This document shows, in pieces, positions 8,662-17,455 of a stretch of 64,000 nt of DNA. A program made the translations under genes and the position numbers. The stretch comes from Phycisphaerales bacterium (GTDB lineage Bacteria > Planctomycetota > Phycisphaerae > Phycisphaerales > UBA1924). The stretch's first letter is position 1; the number at the start of each line of letters is the position of its first letter. Location of the stretch: assembly GCA_040902425.1 (NCBI GenBank), contig JBBDXI010000070.1:259-64258 (forward strand), in the 5' to 3' direction. Under the pieces are notes generated by a model, which was not told where the DNA came from, did not search any database, and saw only the letters and a program-made list of their open reading frames with translations.

Positions 8662-9609
8662 CTACTCGGCGAAGAGGGCCTCGACGAAGGCGGCGGGGTC
8701 GAAGGGCTCGACATCCTCGGGCGTCTCGCCGACGCCGATGAACTTGACGGGGATGTTGATGGCCTCGCGGATGGCGACGACGATGCCGCCCTTGGCGGTT
8801 CCGTCGAGCTTGGCGAGGAAGATGCCGGTGATGCCGGGCGAGTCGGGGGTCGCCGCGAGGGCCTTGCTGAACTCCTCGGCCTGGCGGAGGGCGTTCTGGC
8901 CGGCCGTGGCGTCGAGCACGAGGAGGACCTCGTGGGGGGCGCCGGGGAGGCGCTTGGCGGCCACCGAGCGGATTTTGGCGAGCTGCCGCATGAGGGGGTC
9001 CTGGGTCTGGAGGCGCCCGGCGGTGTCGAGGATGACGACATCCATGCCGCGGGCGATGCCGGCGTTGACGGCGTCGAAGGCGACGGCGGCTGGGTCGCCG
9101 CCCTGCTGCCCTTTGACGACCTCGACGCCGAGCCGCTGGGCCCAGACCTCGAGCTGGCGGACCGCGCCCGCGCGGAACGTGTCGCAGGCGCCCAAGAGGA
9201 CGCGCTTGTCCTGGGAGCGCAGGAGCTGGCAGAGCTTGGCGATGCTGGTCGTCTTGCCGGCGCCGTTGACGCCGGTGACGAGGATGACCGTGGGCGTGCC
9301 GGGCTCGGCGGAGCGCAGGGCGCGGTCCTCGTGGGGCCACATCGCCGCCAGCTCGCGCTTGAGGTAGTCGAGGACCTCATCGCCGCGGGTGATCCGGCCG
9401 GCGCGGAAATCGTCGCGGATGGTGTCCATCAGGCGGGAGGCGGTCTTGACGCCGACGTCGGCCTGGATGAGGCGCTTGTGCACCTGGGCGATGAGGGCCT
9501 CGTCGAGGCGCCGGCCCCGGAGGAGGTCCATGACATCCATCGCGAGGACGGCGCGGGTCTTCTCGAGGCCCTTGCGGAGCTTGGAGGTGAAGGACTTGAA
9601 GAGGGCCAT
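8662..9609 (-). CDS. ftsY: Signal recognition particle receptor FtsY (short form, NG domain only)
   Basis: Starts MALFKSFTSKLRKGLEKTR and contains GVNGAGKTTSIAKL, DTAGRL and LAKLDGTAKGG motifs. The upstream part of the 524-aa track ORF overlaps nusB and is not coding. Confidence 0.93.
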   Translation of the reverse strand: MALFKSFTSKLRKGLEKTRAVLAMDVMDLLRGRRLDEALIAQVHKRLIQADVGVKTASRLMDTIRDDFRAGRITRGDEVLDYLKRELAAMWPHEDRALRSAEPGTPTVILVTGVNGAGKTTSIAKLCQLLRSQDKRVLLGACDTFRAGAVRQLEVWAQRLGVEVVKGQQGGDPAAVAFDAVNAGIARGMDVVILDTAGRLQTQDPLMRQLAKIRSVAAKRLPGAPHEVLLVLDATAGQNALRQAEEFSKALAATPDSPGITGIFLAKLDGTAKGGIVVAIREAINIPVKFIGVGETPEDVEPFDPAAFVEALFAE

Positions 9610-10094
9610 CAGGCGTCGACTCCGGGCGCGGGCTCGGCGGGGGCGCTGTCGGCGGGGGGGGCATCGGCCGGCGCGGGGCCGGCGGGGCGCTCGGCGAGCA
9701 CGCGCTTCAGCACCTTGTCGAGGAGGCCGTTGACGAAGGCGGGGGAGCGATCGGAGCCGAAGGCCTTGGCGAGCTCGACGGCCTCGTTGACCACGATCTT
9801 CGGGTGGGCGCGCCCGGAGGCCATCTCGAAGTGCGCGAGGCGGAGGATGCTGCGGTCGACCGCGGCCTGGCGGCCGGCGGGCCAGGTGGGGGCCAGCGCG
9901 TTCATCTCGGCGTCGGCGGCGGCCCGCGCGCCCCAGGCGGCGCGGGCGAGGTCGGCGGCCTTGCGGAGATCCGCGGGCGTGAGCCCCTCGGTGTCGCCGA
10001 GGGACTCGGCGAGGCTGGGGTCCTCGCCGCCGCGGGCGTCGATCTGGAAGAGGGCCTGGAAGGCGAGGCGCCGGATGTCTCGGGGGAGGGCCAT
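9609..10094 (-). CDS. nusB: Transcription antitermination factor NusB
   Basis: Contains MALPRDIRRLAFQALFQIDARGG and VNGLLDKV. It sits in the ribH-nusB order, and its stop overlaps the ftsY start (ATGA). Confidence 0.88.
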   Translation of the reverse strand: MALPRDIRRLAFQALFQIDARGGEDPSLAESLGDTEGLTPADLRKAADLARAAWGARAAADAEMNALAPTWPAGRQAAVDRSILRLAHFEMASGRAHPKIVVNEAVELAKAFGSDRSPAFVNGLLDKVLKRVLAERPAGPAPADAPPADSAPAEPAPGVDA

Positions 10095-10660
10095 CAGGCG
10101 CGCTTCCCCGCGGCGGCGCGCCGGCCGGGCGCGGCCTTGTCTCTGGCCCGAGGGGTGGCGGCGGCGCGGTCCTTGGGCCAGGCGGTGGCGCCGGTGCGGA
10201 TGGCGCGGAGGCACTCGAAGGCGTCGAGGGCGGCATCCATGGCGTCGGCGCCCTTGTTGCCGTCGCGCCCGCCGGCGCGCTGGCGGGCCTGGTCGGGGGT
10301 GTCCACGGTGAGCACGCCGAAGGCGATCGGGACGCCGGTGCGGAGTGAGGCCTCGGCGAGGCCGCGGGCGCACGCGTCGGCGATGTAGCGGTCGTGCCGG
10401 GTCTCGCCCTTGATGAGGCACCCGAGGGCGACGACGGCGTCGTAGACGCCGGACTGGGCGGCGGCGAGGGCGAGGACGGGGAGCTCGAAGGCCCCGGGGG
10501 CGTCGAAGACGGCGACGGCGGCCCGGGGGCCGGCGCGGAACTCGTAGCGGTCGAGCGCCCCCTCGAGCAGCGCGCCGGTGATGGAGCCGTTGTAGCGGCT
10601 GACGATCACGGCGACCCGCGGCGGGCCGGCGCCGCGGAGAGGTGGCTCGGCTCTGGGCAT
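10094..10660 (-). CDS. ribH: 6,7-dimethyl-8-ribityllumazine synthase
   Basis: Contains VAVIVSRYNGSITGALLEGA, GAFELP and ALGCLIKGETRHDRY. It has a basic C-terminal extension. Confidence 0.93.
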   Translation of the reverse strand: MPRAEPPLRGAGPPRVAVIVSRYNGSITGALLEGALDRYEFRAGPRAAVAVFDAPGAFELPVLALAAAQSGVYDAVVALGCLIKGETRHDRYIADACARGLAEASLRTGVPIAFGVLTVDTPDQARQRAGGRDGNKGADAMDAALDAFECLRAIRTGATAWPKDRAAATPRARDKAAPGRRAAAGKRA

Positions 10661-10665
10661 GGCGG

Positions 10666-10679
10666 GCCGATCATAGGGA
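10666..10679 (-). promoter_or_regulatory. Candidate -10 region (TATGAT) within a 14-nt motif shared with 59496-59509
   Basis: GCCGATCATAGGGA on the plus strand equals TCCCTATGATCGGC on the minus strand. TATGAT lies 9 nt upstream of the ribH ATG. No convincing -35 element was found. Confidence 0.3.
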
Positions 10680-10730
10680 GCGGGCGGGGGCGTGCCGGGC
10701 GCCGGTGCCCGCCCGCGTTAGGATGCGCTG

Positions 10731-11714
10731 ATGCGGCGTGCGCTGCTCCGGATCGCCCCGGTCCTCCATCTGACGCGGGTGACCACCGCGTTCGCGGTGG
10801 TGGCGAACACGTGGTTCGTCATCCTGTGGACGCGGGCGAACGCGGAGCACGAGCCGGGGGTGGCGGCGCTGCCCGGTCCGCTGGCGGTGACGCTGCTGGC
10901 GGGGGCGCTGGTGGCCCTGGGGCTGTTCGTCTTCGGGTCGGCGCTCAACGACATCCTGGATGTGAAGCGCGACCGGATGCTGCACCCCGAGCGCCCGCTG
11001 GCCTCGGGGGAGCTGTCGCGCGAGGGGGCGGTGGCGATGGTCGTGCTGGCGGCGACGGCGGCGGTGCTGGGGGCGACGGCCTTCGGCATCCCCGCGGTGC
11101 TGCTGACGCTGATGCTGATCCTGGCGATCCTGCTCTTCAACGCGGCGGGGAAGTTCATCCCCGCGATCGGGCTGGTGGTGTTGGGGCTGATCTACGGGGG
11201 GCACATGGCGGTGCCGAACGTCGGGCTGCGGTTCCTCTGGCCGGTCTGGTTCGTGATGACCCATGCCCTGGCGGTGGGGCTGCTGACGCACCGGATGGCG
11301 CGGAAGGTGCCGCGCCTGAGCCGGCGGGCGCTGATCGCGGCGGTGGGGGGGTGGGTGTTCTGGTCCGCCGTGCTGTTCGTGATCCAGTGGCGCCGGGGCG
11401 GCGGGGACGGGACGTTATGGCCGGCGTGGGTGAACCCCTGGGGGATCGTGTGGCCCCTGCTGGTGGCGGCGGCGTTCGCGCTGGTGGTGTGGGACCGGGT
11501 GCGGCGATACGGGTACACCGGGCGGGCGGCGGACAAGATCGGGCGGTACGGGGCGCTGTGGCTGGGGCTGTACGCGTGCTCGTGGCTCATCGGGGATGGC
11601 CACTGGGGAGAGGCGCTGCTGCTGGCGGGGCTCGCGGCCGCGGGGTTCCTGGGGATGACGGTGCTGCGCGAGCTGTACGGGCTGGTGGAGGAGCCGATGC
11701 GGTACAGGCGGTGA
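10731..11714 (+). CDS. UbiA-family aromatic prenyltransferase (polytopic membrane protein)
   Basis: 327-aa hydrophobic ORF with an Asp-rich motif NDILDVKRD and about 8 predicted TM segments. Confidence 0.75.
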   Translation: MRRALLRIAPVLHLTRVTTAFAVVANTWFVILWTRANAEHEPGVAALPGPLAVTLLAGALVALGLFVFGSALNDILDVKRDRMLHPERPLASGELSREGAVAMVVLAATAAVLGATAFGIPAVLLTLMLILAILLFNAAGKFIPAIGLVVLGLIYGGHMAVPNVGLRFLWPVWFVMTHALAVGLLTHRMARKVPRLSRRALIAAVGGWVFWSAVLFVIQWRRGGGDGTLWPAWVNPWGIVWPLLVAAAFALVVWDRVRRYGYTGRAADKIGRYGALWLGLYACSWLIGDGHWGEALLLAGLAAAGFLGMTVLRELYGLVEEPMRYRR

Positions 11715-11717
11715 GGC

Positions 11718-12464
11718 TCAGGCGCGCAGCCTGGCGGCGAGCATGGCCCGGGCCTCGTCGGTCGCGAGCACGCGGGCGGAGAGCTCGGCGCTCTCGAGGG
11801 CGATGGACTCGTCGAGGGAGCCGTCGAGCTGGTTGAGCAGGTGCTTGGTGGCGCGGATGGCCTGCGGGCCGCCGGTCGCGAGGCGGGCGGCGACCTCGCG
11901 GATGGTCGGGTCGAGTTCCTCGCGGGAGGCGACCGCGAAGTCCACGAGGCCGAGGTCGGCGGCCTGCTGGCCGGTCATGAGGCCGCCGGAGAGGAGGATG
12001 CGACGGGCCTTGCCGGCGCCGACCTTGCGGACCACCCAGGGGGCGACGACGGCGGGGCATACGCCCAGGTCCACCTCGGGGAAGCCCATCTTGGCGTCGG
12101 CGTGGGTGATGGCGAGGTCGCAGGCGACGGCGAGGCCGCACCCGCCGCCGATGGCGGCGCCGTTGACGGAGGCGAGCACGACCATGGGGAGTTGGCGCAG
12201 GCGGAGGAGGAAGCGGGCGAGGGAAGTGAGGAGGCGGCGCGGGGCCTCGGGGTCGTTCAGGACGAGCTTGAGGTCCATGCCGGCGCAGAAGCCCTTGCCG
12301 GCGCCGGTGACGATGAGGACGGTGGGGTCGGCAGCGCCCAGCTCGTCGAGGCGGGTGTTGAGGGAGCAGAGGAGGTCCTCGGAGAGGGCGTTGCGGGCCT
12401 CGGGGCGGTCGAGGGTGAGGGTGGCGATGCGCCCGGAGACCGAGATGTGGGCCTGCTCACTCAT
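11718..12464 (-). CDS. Enoyl-CoA hydratase/isomerase (crotonase) family protein
   Basis: Contains MSEQAHISVSGRIATLTLDRPEARNAL, GKGFCAGMDL and AAIGGGCGLAVACD...FPEVDLG. Confidence 0.85.
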   Translation of the reverse strand: MSEQAHISVSGRIATLTLDRPEARNALSEDLLCSLNTRLDELGAADPTVLIVTGAGKGFCAGMDLKLVLNDPEAPRRLLTSLARFLLRLRQLPMVVLASVNGAAIGGGCGLAVACDLAITHADAKMGFPEVDLGVCPAVVAPWVVRKVGAGKARRILLSGGLMTGQQAADLGLVDFAVASREELDPTIREVAARLATGGPQAIRATKHLLNQLDGSLDESIALESAELSARVLATDEARAMLAARLRA

Positions 12465-12535
12465 GCGGGGAACACTGTAACGCGGCGGGGGGCGGGCGCG
12501 GGCTTGAAATCCGGGGGGCGTGGGGGGCGTGGGGG

Positions 12536-13282
12536 TCAGGAACGCGCAAGGGCGCGGGCGAGGCGCTCGCGCTCCTCGGCGCCGCCGACCAGGGAGAGGC
12601 TGGCTTCGACCGCCGCGCGCCGGTGGTCGGGGGTGGCAGCGCGGGACGTGATCGAGCGCAGCCAGCCCCTGGTCGCGGCGATGGCGCCCGGGGGCTTGGA
12701 TGCGAGGGCGCCGGCGATCTCGAGGGCCCGCGGCAGGACCCGGTCCGGGCCCGGGACGCACTCGTGGATGAGGCCGCGGCGGAGGGCGTCGCGCCCGGAG
12801 AGGAGCGCGGGGTCGAGGAGGCGGGCGCGGGCGACGCCGGGCGTAGCGGCCTGGCTGAGGTACGGGGCGGAGATGGCGGGCGAGACGCCCAGAGGGGTCA
12901 CGGGGTAGCCGAGCTTTGCGTGCTCGTCGGAGACGGCCACGTCGGCAGCGCCCAGGAGGGCGCAGCCGCCGGCGATGGCCGCGCCGTGCGCCGCGATGAC
13001 GACCGGGATGTCGAGTTCGAGCAGGCGCTCGATGGTCTCGTGGAGGGCGCGGAGGAGCTGGGCGAGGACGGCGGGGTCGGCCAGGCAGAGCTTGAGGTCG
13101 AAGCCGCCGCAGAAGACCTTGCCCTCGCCGGTGAGGAGGAGGGCGCGGGTGGAGGGGTCGCCGGCCGCGGCGTCGACGGCGCGCCGGAGGTGGTCGAACA
13201 TCTCCGGCGTGAGGGCGTTGCGGAGGCCGGGGCGGTTGAGGGCGATCACGGCGACCGGGCCCTCGTGCCGGGAGAGGATCAC
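12536..13282 (-). CDS. Enoyl-CoA hydratase/isomerase (crotonase) family protein, divergent active site
   Basis: Contains VILSRHEGPVAVIALNRPGLRNAL, GKVFCGGFDL and AAIAGGCALLGAAD...YPVTPLG. The GTG start at 13282 overlaps the lyase stop (GTGA). Confidence 0.8.
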   Translation of the reverse strand: MILSRHEGPVAVIALNRPGLRNALTPEMFDHLRRAVDAAAGDPSTRALLLTGEGKVFCGGFDLKLCLADPAVLAQLLRALHETIERLLELDIPVVIAAHGAAIAGGCALLGAADVAVSDEHAKLGYPVTPLGVSPAISAPYLSQAATPGVARARLLDPALLSGRDALRRGLIHECVPGPDRVLPRALEIAGALASKPPGAIAATRGWLRSITSRAATPDHRRAAVEASLSLVGGAEERERLARALARS

Positions 13283-14211
13283 GCGCGGGACTCCTGGGCG
13301 CGCCCGGGGGCGACGATCTGCGCGGCGAAAGCCGCGGCCACGGCGAGGCGGGTGGGGTCCACCGCGCACTCGTAGCCGTCGCGCTGGAGCCGGTGGATGA
13401 GCGTCTCGGTGCTGATGTTGCCGGGGGCGCGGCGGCCGGGGCTCGAGGCGTACGGGCACCCGCCCAGGCCGCCCACGGCGCCGTCGAAGGAGCGGATGCC
13501 CATCTGGAGCCCCTCGCCGACGGACTCCGCGGCGCGCCCGAAGGTGTCGTGGAGGTGGAGGGTGAGGCGGGGGATGACGGCGTCGCCCAGGCGCGCGGCG
13601 ATCGCCTGCACGAGCAGCGTGATGTCCCCCGGCTCGGCAGCGCCGATGGTGTCGCCGAGGTCGAGGTCGTCGGCGCCGAGGTCGGCGAGGGCCTGGGCGA
13701 CGTGGGCGACCTTCTGCGGGTCGGTGCGGCCCTCGAAGGGGCAGGCGACGGCGCAGGAGATGTAGGCGCGCACGAGGAGGCCCTCGCGCCCGGCCGCGGC
13801 CACGACGGGCTCGAAGCGGCGGATGGACTCGGCGATGCCCGCGTTGATGTTCCTGTGGGCGAAGGTCTCGGAGGCGGCGGTGAAGAGGGCGATCTTGTCC
13901 AGCACGCGGCGGCCGGCGCGCTGGTTGACCTCGAGGGCCGCGGCCATGCCCTTCTCGTTGGGCACGAGGGCGGAGAAGACCGGGCGGGGGCTGAGGTGCG
14001 CCAGCGCGGCGAAGACGTCGGCGGCGTCGCCGAGCTGTGGGACCCACCTGGGAGAGACGAAGCTGCTGACCTCGACCTCATCGACCCCTGAGGCCGCGAG
14101 GAGCTGGACCAGACGGGCCTTCTGGGCGGCGGGGATTGGGCCGGCGGGGCCGAGGGGCTCGTTCTGAAGGCCGTCGCGGGGGGAGACGTCGGTGATCCGG
14201 ACGCGGTCCAT
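13279..14211 (-). CDS. Hydroxymethylglutaryl-CoA lyase
   Basis: Contains ITDVSPRDGLQNE, HLHDTFG and GGLGGCPYA motifs of the HMGL family. Confidence 0.9.
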   Translation of the reverse strand: MDRVRITDVSPRDGLQNEPLGPAGPIPAAQKARLVQLLAASGVDEVEVSSFVSPRWVPQLGDAADVFAALAHLSPRPVFSALVPNEKGMAAALEVNQRAGRRVLDKIALFTAASETFAHRNINAGIAESIRRFEPVVAAAGREGLLVRAYISCAVACPFEGRTDPQKVAHVAQALADLGADDLDLGDTIGAAEPGDITLLVQAIAARLGDAVIPRLTLHLHDTFGRAAESVGEGLQMGIRSFDGAVGGLGGCPYASSPGRRAPGNISTETLIHRLQRDGYECAVDPTRLAVAAAFAAQIVAPGRAQESRA

Positions 14212-14371
14212 CGGCGGATGCTACCCGCGCGACCCCCCGCAGCGCGCCGGCAGCGGGGGGTCGGGGGCTGGTCGCGAAACGTTTTCTTGACGGCGTGCGT
14301 ATTCCGGGGCATCTTGTGGCGTCCCGCCGCCTCTCCCGGGGCCGTCGCGGCCCTGTCTCCCGGAGCCTTCC

Positions 14372-17300
14372 ATGATCAAGCGTGAAGCGTTGTACCTCGC
14401 CGGCCTGGCGGGATCGATCGGTCTTACCGGCGCTGCGCTGGTGTGGGCGGGACCCGGCGCGGGGGATGCGCGCCCGCTGCGCGATCCGGCTGGGGCTCCT
14501 GAGACGCCGCGGGCGATCCCGGGCTTTGTCAACTTTGAGTCGGGGCACGTGCACCCGGTGGACATCACGCCGGACGGGACGAAGCTGGTGGCCGTGAACA
14601 CGGCGGATGCGCGGGTGGCGGTGTTCGACATCACCGGGGGAGTGCCGGCGCTGCTCGCGGAGATCCCGGTCGGGCTGGAGCCGGTCTCGGTGCGGGCGCG
14701 GACGAACACCGAGGTGTGGGTGGCGAACCGCATCTCCGACTCGGTGAGCGTGGTGAGCCTGACGGGCCGGAACGTCGTGGCGACGCTGACGACGCGGGAC
14801 GAGACGGCGGATGTGGTATTCGCCGGGACGCCGCAGCGGGCGTTCGTGAGCTGCGGGCACGGGCAGGTGGTGCAGGTGTTCGACCCGGTGAACCTCGGCG
14901 CGCCGCCGGTGGACATCCCGATCAACGGGATCGACCCGCGGGCGTTGGCGGTGAGCCCGGATGGGAGCAAGGTCTACTGCGCCGTGTTCCAGTCGGGGAA
15001 CGCCTCGACGATCCTGGGGGGCGGGGCGATGGGGGTGATCGGCTTCCCGCCGAACACGGTGAGCGACCCGGCGGGGCCGTACGGGGGTGTGAACCCCCCG
15101 CCCAACAGCGGGACCACCTTCAGCCCGCCGATCGCGACGGCGAACCAGAGCGCCGTCCCCGACGTCGGCCTCATCGTCAAGAAAGATGCGCTGGGCCGCT
15201 GGATGGATGACAACAACCGCGACTGGACGGCGATGGTCAGCGGGCCGCAGGCGCTGCAGCGCTCGGGCCGGATCCCGGGGTGGGACATGCCGGACCGCGA
15301 CCTGGCGGTGATCGACGCGTCGTCGCTCTCGGTGTCGTCGTACGCGACGGGGCTGATGAACATCTGCATGGCGATGGGCGTGAACCCGGCGACCGGGCAG
15401 GTGGGCGTGGTGGGGACGGACGGGACGAACGAGGTGCGCTTCGAGCCCAACGTGAACGGAACGTTTGTCCGCGTGAAGCTGGCGCTGGTGAACCCCCTGA
15501 CGCTGGGGAAGCAGGTGAAGGACCTGAACCCCCACCTGACCTACGCGGCGCACACTGTCCCGCAGGGGCAGCGGGACCTCTCGATCGGCGACCCGCGGGG
15601 GATCGCCTACAACGCCGCGGGGACACGGGGGTACATCGCGGGGATGGGCTCGAACAACGTGATCGTGGTGGACGCGGCGGGGGACCGGGCGGGGCTGGCG
15701 CCGACGATCGAGGTGGGCGAGGGGCCGACGGGGGTGGCGCTCGATGAGTCGCGCTCGCGCCTGTACGTGCTGAACCGGTTCGCGGGCTCGATCTCGGTGG
15801 TGAGCACGGCGAGCGAGCAGGTCGTGGCAACGGTGCCGTTCTTCGACCCGACGCCCGCGGCCATCAAGGCCGGGCGGAAGCACCTGTACGACACGCACAA
15901 GAACAGCGGGCTGGGGCAGTCGTCGTGCGCCTCGTGCCACATCGACGGCGGGATGGACCGTCTCGCGTGGGACCTGGGCGACCCGCAGGGGGTGATCAAG
16001 CAGCTGACGGGTCAGAACCTCGGGGCGGGGATTCCGGGGCTGGCGCCGCCCTTCACCCAGCCGCAGTTCCAGCCGTGGCACCCGATGAAGGGGCCGATGA
16101 CGACGCAGACGCTGCAGGACATCATCGGGCACGAGCCGCACCACTGGCGGGGCGACCGGGCGGGGATCGAGGAGTTCAACGGGGCGTTCATGGGCCTGCT
16201 GGGGGACGACGTGCAGCTCACGCCGGCGGAGATGCAGGAGTTCGAGGACTTCCTGGAGGCGATCACGTTCCCGCCCAACCCCTTCCGCAACTTCGACAAC
16301 ACGCTGCCGGCGACGATGACGCTGACGGGGCACCACACGCCGGGTCGGTTCGCGCCGGCGGGCCAGCCGCTGCCGGTGGGGCGGCCGAACCTCGGGATGG
16401 CGCTGTACCGGGACACGAACCGGCGCCTGGACAGCGGGGCCTTCGCGTGCGTGACGTGCCACACCCTGCCGACGGGCACCGGGCCGGACGCGACGTGGAG
16501 CCAGCAGACGGGGTCGTTCCAGCCGTTCCCGGTGGGGCCGCGGGGGGAGCGGCACCACCAGCTGGTGTCGGTGGACGGCTCGACGAACATCGCGATCAAG
16601 ACGCCGCAGCTGCGCAACGGGTACCTGAAGGTCGGGTTCGACATGACGCAAGCGGAGAACAACGCGGGGTTCGGGTTTCTGCACGACGGGAGCGTGGACT
16701 CGCTGGCGCGGTTCGTGGCCGAGCCGGTGTTCAACGTGCAGAGCGACCAGGAGGTCGCGGACCTCGTCGCGTTCCTGCTCTGCTTCTCGGGCGGCGACCT
16801 GCCCGCCGGGAGCAGCACGAGCGTGCTGCTGGGCCCGGGGACGCCCGGGAGCGATGTCCCCGCGTCGGTGGGAGTCCAGACGACCGTGGCGAACGGGCAG
16901 GGGCCGCCGCCGGCCCAGAGTGCCCTGATCAGCTCGATGGTTTCGCTGGCGCAGGCGAACAAGGTCGGGCTGGTGGTGAAGGGCGTGGTCGGCAGCGAGC
17001 AGCGCGGTTTCGCCTACACCAGCCAGGCGCCCGGGCGGTTCCTCTCCGACCGGGCGGGTTCGGAGTTCACGCCGGCGCAGCTGCTGGCCCTGGCCTCGCC
17101 GGGGAACGAGCTGACGTACACGGTGGTGTCGCTGGGGACGCAGGTCCGTATCGGGATCGACCGCGACCTGGACGGCGTGTACGACCGCGACCAGGCGGAC
17201 ATCGCGTGCTACGCCAACTGCGACCAGAGCCACATCCCGCCGATCCTCAACGTCGCGGACTTCGGGTGCTTCCTGACGCAGTACGCCGGCGGCGACCCCT

Positions 17301-17392
17301 ACGCGAACTGCGACGGGAGCACGCAGCCGCCGGTGCTGAACGTGGCGGACTTCGGGTGCTTCCTGACGCGCTACGCCGCGGGGTGCCCCTGA
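14372..17392 (+). CDS. Secreted YVTN-type beta-propeller protein with two CXXCH haem-binding motifs and two C-terminal GC-type dockerin-like modules
   Basis: It has a signal-peptide-like N-terminus and repeated 'SPDG/TPDG..ly.an' beta-propeller units. CASCH lies at 15926-15940 and CVTCH at 16448-16462. The C-terminus carries ANCD..PP(I/V)LNVADFGCFLT(Q/R)YA(G/A)G twice. Confidence 0.75.
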   Translation: MIKREALYLAGLAGSIGLTGAALVWAGPGAGDARPLRDPAGAPETPRAIPGFVNFESGHVHPVDITPDGTKLVAVNTADARVAVFDITGGVPALLAEIPVGLEPVSVRARTNTEVWVANRISDSVSVVSLTGRNVVATLTTRDETADVVFAGTPQRAFVSCGHGQVVQVFDPVNLGAPPVDIPINGIDPRALAVSPDGSKVYCAVFQSGNASTILGGGAMGVIGFPPNTVSDPAGPYGGVNPPPNSGTTFSPPIATANQSAVPDVGLIVKKDALGRWMDDNNRDWTAMVSGPQALQRSGRIPGWDMPDRDLAVIDASSLSVSSYATGLMNICMAMGVNPATGQVGVVGTDGTNEVRFEPNVNGTFVRVKLALVNPLTLGKQVKDLNPHLTYAAHTVPQGQRDLSIGDPRGIAYNAAGTRGYIAGMGSNNVIVVDAAGDRAGLAPTIEVGEGPTGVALDESRSRLYVLNRFAGSISVVSTASEQVVATVPFFDPTPAAIKAGRKHLYDTHKNSGLGQSSCASCHIDGGMDRLAWDLGDPQGVIKQLTGQNLGAGIPGLAPPFTQPQFQPWHPMKGPMTTQTLQDIIGHEPHHWRGDRAGIEEFNGAFMGLLGDDVQLTPAEMQEFEDFLEAITFPPNPFRNFDNTLPATMTLTGHHTPGRFAPAGQPLPVGRPNLGMALYRDTNRRLDSGAFACVTCHTLPTGTGPDATWSQQTGSFQPFPVGPRGERHHQLVSVDGSTNIAIKTPQLRNGYLKVGFDMTQAENNAGFGFLHDGSVDSLARFVAEPVFNVQSDQEVADLVAFLLCFSGGDLPAGSSTSVLLGPGTPGSDVPASVGVQTTVANGQGPPPAQSALISSMVSLAQANKVGLVVKGVVGSEQRGFAYTSQAPGRFLSDRAGSEFTPAQLLALASPGNELTYTVVSLGTQVRIGIDRDLDGVYDRDQADIACYANCDQSHIPPILNVADFGCFLTQYAGGDPYANCDGSTQPPVLNVADFGCFLTRYAAGCP

Positions 17393-17455
17393 GGAAGAGA
17401 GCCGCGGCAGCAGGACAGAGCATCCGACGCGGCCGCCGCCCTCTACACTTGCGGC

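Noticed and set aside
8662-10236. 524-aa extended FtsY ORF, which might suggest an N-terminal acidic A-domain
   Set aside because: The upstream 209 codons are Pro/Arg-rich and overlap nusB, which has clear motifs in another frame. The true FtsY starts at MALFKSF (9609) with an ATGA overlap to nusB.
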